A model generated the notes under the pieces. The model did not search any database. It saw only the letters and a program-made list of their open reading frames with translations, and was not told the origin of the DNA. The translations under genes were made by a program, and so were the position numbers. This document shows positions 8,436-18,157 of a DNA stretch of 64,000 bases, in pieces. The first letter of the stretch is position 1, and each line of letters opens with the position of its first letter. Source of the stretch: Eubacteriales bacterium (GTDB taxonomy: Bacteria > Bacillota > Clostridia > Oscillospirales > CAG-272); assembly GCA_045633005.1 (NCBI GenBank), contig JAZQXT010000047.1, forward strand, positions 33,476-97,475. The letters are read 5' to 3'.

Positions 8436-9758
8436 TTAGCCGAAAATGTAGTCCTCCGCAGAGCTTTTTCCAAAGCGGAAGCCGCGCGCATTTTGCAGAT
8501 CGTCGGGCGGCTGAGCGCGACTCATAAGCGCATAGCGCACAGCTTCGGGAGAATGCGTAAAGCGGTGCGGCTCACCCGCCGCGTCCTCGGGGCGATTTTT
8601 GTCGAAAAGAAGCGCAGGTATCGAGCTTATCAGCTCCTTGCAATCGCGGCTTATATGAAGCCTCACCTCGCCCTTCTCGTTCTCGGCAAGGTATTCCCTG
8701 AAAAGCCGCCAGCCCGCCACGCGTCTGTCGTCCGCGGGGCGCATAGGTGGCATACCGTATGTGTTTTGCATCACCTCAAAACCGCTTTTGCCCGTATCCT
8801 GCCGTCTGTTCCAAAGGTCGGGCGAGGCTACGGCGTATTCCACGTTCTCGCCTCGGCAAAGCTCGCTTACCGCCCTTGCCGCCTCGGACAGCGTAAGCCC
8901 CGAGCGGCAATACTCGCGCTTTATCCAAACACAGCCGTCTCGGTCAAATCCGCAGATATACGCCGCAAGCATGTCAAAGCCGTAGTCAAACGCCGCTATC
9001 GTTATCGGCGTCCGTGGGATAACGTTTGGCTCGCACACGTGGCGTTCCTCGTCAAATTCCGAGAAGAACTGACCTTCGAAAACGTCCCATTTGCCGTAGA
9101 GCCACGCATCGCGCAGTCGCGGCGGTAGGCTCTCAAGCCGTGAGACGTATTCGGGGTCGGCGGCGGTCAGACTTGCGTTGTCAAAAACCGTCGCGGGAAT
9201 AAAGGCGTAGTCCTCGGCGCGCTCGCCTGCTCGGTAGTCGCGGTCGATAAAGAGCCGCTTTACCCAGCCGTGCCCGATGCCGCCGGGATTGCAGGTAAGA
9301 TACATCCTTCGCGGCATATCCGTCGCTCCGCGAAGGCAAGCCTTAAAGATGGAAAACTGATATTCGCTAAGCTGAGTCGCCTCGTCGATAGCGATAACGT
9401 CGTATTCCTGACCTTGATAGCGCAGAGTATCGCGCTCCGAGGAGCAATAACCGAGGAAGAGCTTACTGCCGTTTTGAAAGAGGACGCATTTGTCGCGCTC
9501 GGAGTAGCTTACCGCATCGCCAAGCTCGGCAAGAAGCCTGTAGAGGTGATTGGAGCGAAGCTCGGGCAAGCTTCGGCGCACTAAAAGCGCCTTAAGCCCG
9601 CCGTAGCGCAAGCACATAAGCACCACCTTGCGCCTGAGCGCCCACGACTTTCCGCCGCCGCGCGCTCCGCCGTACGCCGTAAATTTTGCACGCGAGGCAA
9701 AAAACTCCCTTTGCCTTTCGGCAGGTACACCGCTTACTCTTATTTCCGCCTCTGCCAT
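8436..9758 (-). CDS. terL: Phage terminase large subunit
   Basis: Walker A YGGARGGGKS, Walker B IAIDEATQ, TCNPGGIGHGWVK, nuclease FDYG. Confidence 0.93.
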   Translation of the reverse strand: MAEAEIRVSGVPAERQREFFASRAKFTAYGGARGGGKSWALRRKVVLMCLRYGGLKALLVRRSLPELRSNHLYRLLAELGDAVSYSERDKCVLFQNGSKLFLGYCSSERDTLRYQGQEYDVIAIDEATQLSEYQFSIFKACLRGATDMPRRMYLTCNPGGIGHGWVKRLFIDRDYRAGERAEDYAFIPATVFDNASLTAADPEYVSRLESLPPRLRDAWLYGKWDVFEGQFFSEFDEERHVCEPNVIPRTPITIAAFDYGFDMLAAYICGFDRDGCVWIKREYCRSGLTLSEAARAVSELCRGENVEYAVASPDLWNRRQDTGKSGFEVMQNTYGMPPMRPADDRRVAGWRLFREYLAENEKGEVRLHISRDCKELISSIPALLFDKNRPEDAAGEPHRFTHSPEAVRYALMSRAQPPDDLQNARGFRFGKSSAEDYIFG

Positions 9759-10136
9759 TTACTCGCCGTCGGCATACGGGTCGTGTTCAAAAACGAGCCG
9801 CACACCCGCCGCCTCCTCCTCCCTTTCGGGCGCTCGCTCGCCTACGTAGCCAAGCCTTTGCTTCAAGTAGACCGACAGCACCGAGGAGGACATTTTTGAG
9901 TTTATCGCCTCATCCTCAAGAGCCGCGCATATCTCGCCGTAAAGCGACGGACGGCTCTCCCGAAGGCTTGCTATATCGCTCATGCTTCCGCCGAAATATC
10001 GGCAAAAGCCCGCAAGATTAGGAATTCTTTCCTTTTCCGCGCAATAGTCGATATACGAGGCAAAAAGGTGTGACAGCTCGTCCTTTTCTATGCTTTCGGC
10101 AAGGAGATTTTTTTCTTTTTGGTTTGCCGTGTTCAT
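9759..10136 (-). CDS. terS: Terminase small subunit (P22 gp3-like DNA-packaging protein)
   Basis: IPNLAGFCRYFG and VYLKQRLGY signatures; stop abuts terL start; start codon uncertain. Confidence 0.7.
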   Translation of the reverse strand: MNTANQKEKNLLAESIEKDELSHLFASYIDYCAEKERIPNLAGFCRYFGGSMSDIASLRESRPSLYGEICAALEDEAINSKMSSSVLSVYLKQRLGYVGERAPEREEEAAGVRLVFEHDPYADGE

Positions 10137-10316
10137 CCTTTTTTCAGTCGTGCCGATCCTCTCTTTCCCGTCTGTGCAATGGAATTTTATCGCGCTTCGG
10201 GGTCTCAAAGGCTGTAGAGTGTCGCCCACAGTCTCAAAAGCTCATAAAAAAACGGCAAAGCTATTGAAAAAACGCGTATAATCGGATATAATTTATAAAA
10301 ACGAAGGAGGTCGGAT

Positions 10317-10979
10317 ATGAAAAAGAACGCCCGTATAATACTTTCAGCTCGGCGCGTCGCTCCGCTTGACGAGGATGCGACGAGCGCGGCGCTTTCCCGT
10401 ATCGCCCTTCTTTTCGGAGAGGATTACGCCGCTTCCTTAAATAAAAAAAATCCCCGTGCGAGAAACGACTCGCTTGCGGGGGCGTTATTGCTTGCCGATA
10501 TGGCAGAGGTGCTCGGAGTTGGTGGCAAAATACTCCGTAACGACTGCGAAAAGCCGTATTTTGAGAACGGCGGCGCGTATTTTTCCATCTCGCACGACGG
10601 CGGCTTTGCCGTTTGCGCCCTATCCATCGAATGCGAGGTTGGCGTTGACCTGACTCGGCTTCCGCACAGGCTTGACGCGGACACGCGCCGCAGGCTTGCC
10701 GCGCGTTGCTTCACGCCCGACGAGGCGAAAAGCGTAGCCGACACGGACGGCGAGGAGCTTTTCGCCCGTCTGTGGGCAAGGCGCGAGGCTGTCGGAAAGC
10801 TTGAAGGCAGGGGCGTAACGCCGTTTTTCGGCAAGCCGATACCCGTAGATAGATATGCCTTTGATGAATTTTATATTTGCGACGGCGAAAAATGCGGACT
10901 TATCGCGCTATGCCGTACGCAAGCGGACGGCGTAGAGCTTCTCCCCCTTGACGAGGGCGTGCGTATAGAGCGAAAATAA
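10317..10979 (+). CDS. 4'-phosphopantetheinyl transferase (Sfp-type)
   Basis: EKPYF, FSISHDG, VGVDL, WARREAVGK motifs. Confidence 0.85.
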   Translation: MKKNARIILSARRVAPLDEDATSAALSRIALLFGEDYAASLNKKNPRARNDSLAGALLLADMAEVLGVGGKILRNDCEKPYFENGGAYFSISHDGGFAVCALSIECEVGVDLTRLPHRLDADTRRRLAARCFTPDEAKSVADTDGEELFARLWARREAVGKLEGRGVTPFFGKPIPVDRYAFDEFYICDGEKCGLIALCRTQADGVELLPLDEGVRIERK

Positions 10980-11054
10980 CGCACGGCAGTATTGACTTTT
11001 TTCGACGTTTGTTGTAAAATATAAGATAAGATATTATGCTCTTTTGGAGGAAAA

Positions 11055-11945
11055 ATGGCAAAGGGTACTGTTACCAAAAAGGTAATCGTTTCAAATATAT
11101 TAAAAGCGCTTACGGCGCTGCTTATAACCGCGCTCATCCTCTGTAGCGCCGCACTTGCCGCTATATTCGTCGTTGCAAGAGGTCCGTCGGGAGATGCGTC
11201 GGTGCGCCTTGCGGCAACTCTTGCCGAATCAGGCTCGGTCTGGGGTCCGATCTTTTACACGCACGGTGAGCTTGATGCGGCTGTAAAATACTCCGCGCCC
11301 GACCTTGCGTCGGCAAAGCTTCAAGCATCTGATACGCAGTACGTCCCCTCGCTTACCGAAATATCGGGCGAGGATTGGGACGGATATATTATAAAAGGAA
11401 TATCCCCGAAAAATCTAAAAGCCACGGCGGCATCGGGCGTTGCCGCAAACGCGACCTTCTCCTTCGGCGTTGAGCCTATGATAGACGCTTATTATACCGA
11501 CGGCGTTCTGAATTACGTTGGAAACGAGGATAGCATCTTCTGTCTTTGCGCCATTAACAGCGAGGGCGTTCTTTTGGCTGGCGGGGCTGATATTTACACC
11601 GCTGTAAATTCCGATCTTCTCTGGGCGATCGAAGCCGACAGAGTTCTTGTTTCGGGCGGCGAGCCCTTGACTGATCTCGGCGGTGGATACGGTTGCCGTG
11701 CCGCCATCGGACAAGCCGCCGACGGAAGTATTATCGTAATTTTTGCCGAGGGCGACGGAATATATCCCTCGGGAATCACCTACGACGAGCTTGCCGCGCT
11801 GATGTTCGAAGCAGGCGCGCTCACCGCCGCCGCGATAGATACCGACGGCAGTTTTATATACGGCGGTGACCGTCTTGCAGGTAAGGCGGCGCGCGACGGT
11901 CTTGTAATATGGTCATTTTCGGAAGGAGGTGCGGTAAATGAATAA
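11055..11945 (+). CDS. Phosphodiester glycosidase (NAGPA/DUF2233)-like protein
   Basis: N-terminal TM; RAAIGQAADGSII, GITYDELAALM, AIDTDGS. Confidence 0.6.
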   Translation: MAKGTVTKKVIVSNILKALTALLITALILCSAALAAIFVVARGPSGDASVRLAATLAESGSVWGPIFYTHGELDAAVKYSAPDLASAKLQASDTQYVPSLTEISGEDWDGYIIKGISPKNLKATAASGVAANATFSFGVEPMIDAYYTDGVLNYVGNEDSIFCLCAINSEGVLLAGGADIYTAVNSDLLWAIEADRVLVSGGEPLTDLGGGYGCRAAIGQAADGSIIVIFAEGDGIYPSGITYDELAALMFEAGALTAAAIDTDGSFIYGGDRLAGKAARDGLVIWSFSEGGAVNE

Positions 11946-13857
11946 CTCTCCCGAAGAAAAAAACATCCCCGAAGTATCCGAGCAGACGGTGAGCGAGGAT
12001 ATCGAAAAGATAAAGGAGCTTAAAAACCGCGCAAAGACGGCGGAGTCGGATAGCGCAAAAGCACCGAAAACCACCGCATTCGTCGATCCGTACGACCCCA
12101 AGCACTCAAGGGAGCGCAGACGTCACCCCAAGCGTCACACCTTCCTTGTGGCGATGATAATTTACGTTTCGATAGCGTTCCTCATTATCGGAACCGCCGT
12201 GTGCATCGGTTGGAAATACGCCCCGTTAGCATACGAAGCATCCCCTGACAGATTTGTTGAATCCCTTACCTCGACCACCACGGAAGACGGTTGGAGACAG
12301 CATTTGCGCATACAGCTTCCAAAGACGTATCCCGAATACGAGGACGCGTCAAAGCTCGCCTACGAGGTGCTTTCCCCCGCGTTTAACGTGGGCAAGGTCA
12401 CCTATATTAGATACGCCGCACGCGACGGTGCGCCCGTATACGAGCTTTTCTCGGACGGCAAATCCTTTGCTACGATGACGCTGAACGACGTTTCCGAGGG
12501 GGCGCTAAGTCTACCCGTTTGGGAGATAGGCGTTATTGATTTTCACATCTCTTTCTTTGAGGATATCGGCTTCCGCCACGTCAGCGTGACCGTCCCCGAC
12601 GGTGCCGTGCTTACCGTAAACGGCGTTGATGGCGCAACGGGCAAAAAAGCCGAGGCTGTAAAGTACCCCGAAATTTCCCCCGCCGAGGCGCAAAGCGACG
12701 TTGCCCCCTGCACGAAGTACAGCTTTGACGACCTTTACTATCAGCCCGAAATATCCGCCACACTCGGCGGCGCATCCCTTGAATGCGTAAAGCTTGGCGA
12801 GGACGAGTATTATTTCAAATACCCCGAAAACGCCACGCACAGCCTGACGGTAACCGCCCCCGAGGGAATGACGGTGCTTGTAGGAGATGCCGTCGTAAAT
12901 GAATCTTGGGCATCCAAATCGCAGATAGAGGGCGAGCTTGGTGAGCTTGATGACGGCGGAAGCGGAACGCTTCCGATACTCAACGTATGGACGGTAGACG
13001 GTCTGTTTTCCACCCCCACCGTGCGCGGCGAGGTCTACGGCAACGCAGTTCCCCTAAAGACTCAAACCGAGACCGACTACGTTTTCACCGTGCCCGCCGA
13101 ATGTAAATACACCATAACGCTGATACTCCCCACGGGTGCAGAGGCTACCGTAAACGGCAAGCCCCTTGATACCGCAACCAAGATCGAGGGCGGAGCAAGC
13201 GCCGAGGAGCTTGGAAGCGGTATGACGTATCTTGGCAAATTCGGCGTTACCGAGCTTTCAGCTGTTCCCGAGGCAGTTCCCGCGTTTGACAAATACGTTA
13301 TCAGCGGATATCTTGCCCTACCGAAGATCACGGCAAAGCTTGGCGGTGTCGAGCTTGCTGAAGCGGGTGTCAGGGTCGAGGAATACGACGTGCTTTGGGA
13401 ATTTGACTACCCCGTGGGCGACACGCCCGCAAAGGAGCGCGTGGATGCGGCGAAGAATTTTGCTAACGAATACGTCGAGTACGTCTGCGACGGCGGTGCT
13501 TGGACTCACCCCGAAAACTCAAAGGCGTTCAATGAAAATTATGACGCTCTGCTTGCCGCTATGGTAGAGGGCACGGCGGGATATATCGGCATTATGCAGT
13601 CCTACGGCGTAGTTTATAAGCTACCGCCAAGCGTTTCCTTTAACGTAGACAGCCTTACGGTGTCCGACGCTATATCCTACACCCCCGCTTGCATCAGCAC
13701 GCGCCTTGACTACAAGCTGACGCGCACGGTAAGCGCCGACGGCGCACCCGCAAGCGAAAGCCTTGAGGGCAGCATTATGGTCCTTCAGGTGCTTTATCAA
13801 AACGAGTGGCGCGTATGGAGCTTTTTCCTTGACGGCGGGATCGCCGAGCTTATATAA
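11938..13857 (+). CDS. Membrane-anchored hypothetical protein with repeated beta modules
   Basis: One TM; repeats VTVPDGAVLTVNG / VTAPEGMTVLVG / LILPTGAEATVNG. Confidence 0.7.
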   Translation: MNNSPEEKNIPEVSEQTVSEDIEKIKELKNRAKTAESDSAKAPKTTAFVDPYDPKHSRERRRHPKRHTFLVAMIIYVSIAFLIIGTAVCIGWKYAPLAYEASPDRFVESLTSTTTEDGWRQHLRIQLPKTYPEYEDASKLAYEVLSPAFNVGKVTYIRYAARDGAPVYELFSDGKSFATMTLNDVSEGALSLPVWEIGVIDFHISFFEDIGFRHVSVTVPDGAVLTVNGVDGATGKKAEAVKYPEISPAEAQSDVAPCTKYSFDDLYYQPEISATLGGASLECVKLGEDEYYFKYPENATHSLTVTAPEGMTVLVGDAVVNESWASKSQIEGELGELDDGGSGTLPILNVWTVDGLFSTPTVRGEVYGNAVPLKTQTETDYVFTVPAECKYTITLILPTGAEATVNGKPLDTATKIEGGASAEELGSGMTYLGKFGVTELSAVPEAVPAFDKYVISGYLALPKITAKLGGVELAEAGVRVEEYDVLWEFDYPVGDTPAKERVDAAKNFANEYVEYVCDGGAWTHPENSKAFNENYDALLAAMVEGTAGYIGIMQSYGVVYKLPPSVSFNVDSLTVSDAISYTPACISTRLDYKLTRTVSADGAPASESLEGSIMVLQVLYQNEWRVWSFFLDGGIAELI

Positions 13858-13894
13858 ACGAAAAATCCACTCGAAACGAGTGGATTTTTCGTTT
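13856..13894. terminator. Bidirectional terminator
   Basis: AAACGAAAAATCCACTCG-AAA-CGAGTGGATTTTTCGTTT between convergent genes. Confidence 0.85.
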
Positions 13895-14825
13895 ATTCTC
13901 CAACGCCCATCATTGCCATAAGGCGCTTATTGAATTCGTCGGCGGTGTTGTATCCCATCTTCTTTTGACGGTTATTCATAGCCGCGATCTCAAGGATAAT
14001 AGCAAGGTTTCGTCCCGCGTGGACGGGTATGGTAAGGCTTGGCAGGCTGATACCGAGTATCTCCACGCGCTCGTCGTCAAGACCTAATCTGTCGTACATC
14101 TTGCCCTGCTCCCAAGGCTCGAGGTTTACAACAAGGTCTATTTTTTCCGACATTTTTACCGAACCCATACCGAAAAGTCGGCGCACGTCAACTATACCGA
14201 TACCGCGAAGCTCAACGTAGTGGCGTATTATGTCGGGGGCAGTACCGACAACGGATTTTGCCGAAACGCGCTTTATCTCCACCGCGTCGTCCGCGATAAG
14301 TCGGTGTCCGCGCTTAACAAGCTCTATTGCCGTTTCGCTCTTACCTATTCCGCTGTCGCCGAGGAGCAATATTCCCTCGCCGTATACCTCGACTAAAACT
14401 CCGTGCTGTGTGAGTCTCGGTGCAAGATGAATATTTAAAGACGCGATAAGCGCCGCCATAATAGCCGAGGTAGCATCCGCCGTTCCAAGAAGCGGAACTC
14501 CAAACTCCTCACATTTTTCAACTATCTCGTCAAAGGGCTTATGCCCCGCCGTCATCAGAACGGCAACGGGACGCTTCGACAGAAACTCAGAAATGCTCAC
14601 CTTGCGCGCCGCATCGTCAAGGCGGGAAAGATATCTGTACTCCGCGTTTCCGATGAGCTTTATTCTGTCGGTCTTAAAATACTCGAAAAATCCCGCAAGG
14701 GCAAGACCGGGACGGTCTATCTCGTTACTCGTTACCATTATGTTCTCCGCCGAATCGGGAAGGTATATAACGTTCAGGGAAAACTCCTCTATCAGCTTTG
14801 CAAGCGAAATACTGTATTTATCCAC
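13893..14825 (-). CDS. hprK: HPr kinase/phosphorylase
   Basis: HGVLVEVYGEGILLLGDSGIGKSETAIELVKRGHRLIADD; ELRGIGI. Confidence 0.97.
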   Translation of the reverse strand: MDKYSISLAKLIEEFSLNVIYLPDSAENIMVTSNEIDRPGLALAGFFEYFKTDRIKLIGNAEYRYLSRLDDAARKVSISEFLSKRPVAVLMTAGHKPFDEIVEKCEEFGVPLLGTADATSAIMAALIASLNIHLAPRLTQHGVLVEVYGEGILLLGDSGIGKSETAIELVKRGHRLIADDAVEIKRVSAKSVVGTAPDIIRHYVELRGIGIVDVRRLFGMGSVKMSEKIDLVVNLEPWEQGKMYDRLGLDDERVEILGISLPSLTIPVHAGRNLAIILEIAAMNNRQKKMGYNTADEFNKRLMAMMGVGE

Positions 14826-15028
14826 TTTTTTACATCCTTTAGGTTTTTATATGAATAGTATATCACACCAACGGCGGAAAGTGAATAGGAATTTTGATTT
14901 TTTATTTGCATAGCGGACAAAAAATCGAAAAAAGTCCGTTCTATTCACACAAAAGTCATATTTTTTTGCTATTATATAAGATAGATTATTATGCACACAT
15001 ATATTTTACATAATCTCGGAGGACTCTT

Positions 15029-16069
15029 ATGAATAAAATACGCCGCGCGTGGCGATACGCCGCTTTGCTTTTGGCTCTTGCCATTACCCTTCCCGCTCTC
15101 CTTTCCTGCGCTCTGACTCCCATCGAGCCGACCGAGGCGGAGCTTGCCGTTGTTGGAAAGATAGGCAACTACGACGTTCATTACGACGAGCTCCGTTTTC
15201 TTACGATAAACTTCAAAGCGGAGCTTGAGAAAAAATACGGCGAGGGTATATGGAACGCCCCCGAGACCGCCGCAAAATACAAGGACGAGCTTAAAAAGCT
15301 GGTGTACGACAGCATCCTGAGCGACTATTACGCCGTACTGGCTCTCGCTGACGATTACTACGTCGGCGGCTCAAGCGCGATGCTGAACGAGGATGAGATA
15401 CTTGACGCCGTTCAAAAGGACGTTGAGGCTACCGCAGAGGAGCAAGGCGGCAACGGAAAATATAAGACTTGGCTTTCGGACAACGCATTTTCCGACCGAC
15501 TCTACCGCTTCTATCTCGCCTCCGACTATTGCGCCAAGGAGCTTTTCTTCATTCTTGTCAGCGACCTCGGCATCATTCCCGACGATGATAAGTCGATAAC
15601 GGAATATATGCACTCGGACAAATTCATTCGCACGAACCACGTCTACATATCCGACACGAGCGAAGAAGGTCTTGCCCTTGCCGAAAAGCTCAGAGCAGAG
15701 CTTGCCGCATCCGACGATCCTGCGACCGACATTATACTGATGAAGGGCAAGCACTGCGATGATTGGACAATGACCACCACGCACGGAAAATACTTTGCAA
15801 GATACTCCTCCGACCTGCCCGAAGAATACGAGCTTGCCGCGTTTGAGCTTGACGAGGGTGAGGTCAGCGAGGTCGTTACGACCGACAATGGATATTACGT
15901 TATCCTTCGCCTTGAGGTAGAGGATGCGTATCTTAATGCAAAATTTGATGATTTCAAGGACGACATTCTCGGTTCAGAGTTCAACAAGATACTCAACGAG
16001 TATATGGAAAAGATGGAATTCATCCCCAACGAATACGGCGCAAGCCTTGACCTTGTGGCTATAAGCTGA
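15029..16069 (+). CDS. PrsA/parvulin-like peptidyl-prolyl isomerase lipoprotein
   Basis: Lipobox LLSC; EYELAAFELDEGEVSEVVTTDNGYYVI. Confidence 0.75.
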   Translation: MNKIRRAWRYAALLLALAITLPALLSCALTPIEPTEAELAVVGKIGNYDVHYDELRFLTINFKAELEKKYGEGIWNAPETAAKYKDELKKLVYDSILSDYYAVLALADDYYVGGSSAMLNEDEILDAVQKDVEATAEEQGGNGKYKTWLSDNAFSDRLYRFYLASDYCAKELFFILVSDLGIIPDDDKSITEYMHSDKFIRTNHVYISDTSEEGLALAEKLRAELAASDDPATDIILMKGKHCDDWTMTTTHGKYFARYSSDLPEEYELAAFELDEGEVSEVVTTDNGYYVILRLEVEDAYLNAKFDDFKDDILGSEFNKILNEYMEKMEFIPNEYGASLDLVAIS

Positions 16070-17076
16070 TGGCTACGATCAGTACAGGCAGACGCCGCGC
16101 ATACAGACATAGGCACAAAAAGCCTATGAACGGGTGGGCAAAATACGTTATCGGCGTCACCGTAGCGGCGCTTTTGATATTTGTTTTCGCCGTAGCTCTC
16201 GGTTCAAAGCTCGGCGAGATCGCAGATAACACCGACGTCACTACCGTGCCATCTACGACTGCGCCCACAACCGCCCCCAAGATGCCCGTAATTCTCGCAA
16301 AAGCACACTCGCTTGCCGCTCCGAGCGACGATACTACCGAAGCTCCTGAAACGACACTCCCCTCGGATGACACGACCGCAAACGACGAGACTACCGCACC
16401 GTCCGAGCCCGCTATATCCTATAACGCGATATCCGTGCTTCTGCGCTCCTTTGCCGAGGACGGCGCGGCGCTCCTTCATTATTCATCGCCGCTTACGTTA
16501 AAATACAGCCTTGCAAGCGACTCGGCGCTCGACCTTGAAAAAGCCCTTTCCGTGTTTGCCGAAGACGACTACGTCAGCGGTGTTTTTGCCCTCTCCTTCC
16601 CTTCCGCCTCTTCCACCGAGAAGAATCTTTCAAGGGAATACGAGCTTGCGCTACTTTGCGAGATAGCCTCGCACGGAATCGACGAGATAGTGCTTCTCGG
16701 CTTTTCCTCGACTCCCGACGGACTTGCCGAGGCGAACGCCTTCATCCTTGAGCTTCTCTCGCGCGAGGATGCCGCATCTCTTGCCGTGGGTATCGCACTC
16801 GACCACGAGCTTCTTGAATCCGACGATGCCAAGACCGTCCTTCGCGAGTCGGGAATAAGTAAGGCGTTTTTGGCGCTCGACCTTTACAGCATTCACGTTC
16901 CCGAGCTTATGAGCGCGGAGGATTTTATCCAGAACAAGATCGACAAGTGCGCCGACACGCTTTCAACCTACAACCTGCGCCTGCTTTTAGGATGCGGAAA
17001 GTCTCCCGACCTTGAAAGTCAGGTTCGACTTGCGCTGAAAAACAACATATACAATATCCAAGAGGTTGGGAAATAA
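16069..17076 (+). CDS. Membrane-anchored hypothetical protein with Thr/Pro linker
   Basis: TM helix, T/P-rich linker, C-terminal alpha/beta domain (GIDEIVL). Confidence 0.65.
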   Translation: MATISTGRRRAYRHRHKKPMNGWAKYVIGVTVAALLIFVFAVALGSKLGEIADNTDVTTVPSTTAPTTAPKMPVILAKAHSLAAPSDDTTEAPETTLPSDDTTANDETTAPSEPAISYNAISVLLRSFAEDGAALLHYSSPLTLKYSLASDSALDLEKALSVFAEDDYVSGVFALSFPSASSTEKNLSREYELALLCEIASHGIDEIVLLGFSSTPDGLAEANAFILELLSREDAASLAVGIALDHELLESDDAKTVLRESGISKAFLALDLYSIHVPELMSAEDFIQNKIDKCADTLSTYNLRLLLGCGKSPDLESQVRLALKNNIYNIQEVGK

Positions 17077-17107
17077 AAGACGAATAATTTTCGCCACAGG
17101 CACAAGT

Positions 17108-17150
17108 AAAGTAAAAGCCGATATGGAAAATCCATATCGGCTTTTACTTT
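17108..17150. terminator. Bidirectional terminator
   Basis: AAAGTAAAAGCCGATATGGA-AAA-TCCATATCGGCTTTTACTTT. Confidence 0.85.
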
Positions 17151-18142
17151 TACGCCCAGCTCATAGTGCGGGGCTTATCCTCCACCATAACCAGAGGCGC
17201 AAGGAAGGCAACAGCCTTCTTGAGTCCCTCGTCAATGGTCATTATGCTGTCCTCGTGCTCGATAGAGAGCGCTCCATCGTAGCCGCACAGACGAAGGTTG
17301 GAAATGATATCGCGCCAATATGCGGCGTCGTTACCGAATCCAACTGCGCGGAATACCCACGATCTGCCAAGCTCGTCGCTGTAATGCTTGGTGTCAAGCA
17401 CACCGTTCTTTGCGGTGTTGTACTTGTCGATCTTGGTATCCTTCGCGTGGAAGTGATATATCGCACCCTTCAGCTCGCGGATAGCGGCAACGGGGTCGAT
17501 TCCCTGCCAGATAAGGTGGGAGGGGTCAAGGTTTGCACCGAGAACGTTACCGACCTTCTCGCCCGCGATCTTCGATACTGCGGCGCGGAGCTTGAGAACG
17601 GTTTCAGGATTATATACGCAGAATCCGGGGTGCATCTCAAACGCGATATGCTCAACACCGTGGGAAAGTGCAAATTCAGCGGTCTTTACCCAGTACGGAA
17701 TAAGCTTTTCGTTCCATTGCCAATCAAGAATAGCAAGGAAATCCTCAGGCCAGGGGCAAGTTACCCAGTTAGGATACTTCGAGCCCTCGGAGTCACCGGG
17801 GCAGCCCGAGAAGCCGACGATGGTCTTGACGCCGAGCTTTTCTGCAAGCAGAACGGCGTTCTTGAAGTCCTCGTCGTATGCGGCAGCAGTAGCCGCATCG
17901 GGATGGAGGGGGTTGCCGTGGCAAGCCAAAGCAATGATCTCGATACCGTATTTTGCAAAGGTAGCCTTGAATTCATCAAGAGCTGCGGGGTCTGCAAGGA
18001 GAGCGGCGGGGTTGCAATGCGCCTTACCGGGATATCCGCCCGCGCCTACCTCAACTGCCTTTATACCGAGTCCGCTGAGAGTGGACAAAGACTCGTCAAG
18101 CGTTTTGGCGGCGTAAAGATTTTCAAGTACTGCAAGTTTCAT
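17150..18142 (-). CDS. Sugar phosphate isomerase/epimerase (xylose isomerase-like TIM barrel)
   Basis: EMHPG, DPSHL, HFHAKD, LSIEHED metal ligands. Confidence 0.9.
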   Translation of the reverse strand: MKLAVLENLYAAKTLDESLSTLSGLGIKAVEVGAGGYPGKAHCNPAALLADPAALDEFKATFAKYGIEIIALACHGNPLHPDAATAAAYDEDFKNAVLLAEKLGVKTIVGFSGCPGDSEGSKYPNWVTCPWPEDFLAILDWQWNEKLIPYWVKTAEFALSHGVEHIAFEMHPGFCVYNPETVLKLRAAVSKIAGEKVGNVLGANLDPSHLIWQGIDPVAAIRELKGAIYHFHAKDTKIDKYNTAKNGVLDTKHYSDELGRSWVFRAVGFGNDAAYWRDIISNLRLCGYDGALSIEHEDSIMTIDEGLKKAVAFLAPLVMVEDKPRTMSWA

Positions 18143-18157
18143 TTTGCACCTCGGAAA

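Larger units (their letters stand above)
4185..10136 (-). other. Stand-alone phage head/packaging operon (GTA-like candidate)
   Basis: Six co-oriented, tightly spaced intact genes; no integrase, replication, tail or lysis genes adjacent; housekeeping flanks. Confidence 0.7.

Noticed and set aside
4185..10136. Complete prophage or encapsulin nanocompartment
   Set aside because: No integrase, replication, tail or lysis genes and no att repeats for a prophage; portal and both terminase subunits argue against an encapsulin
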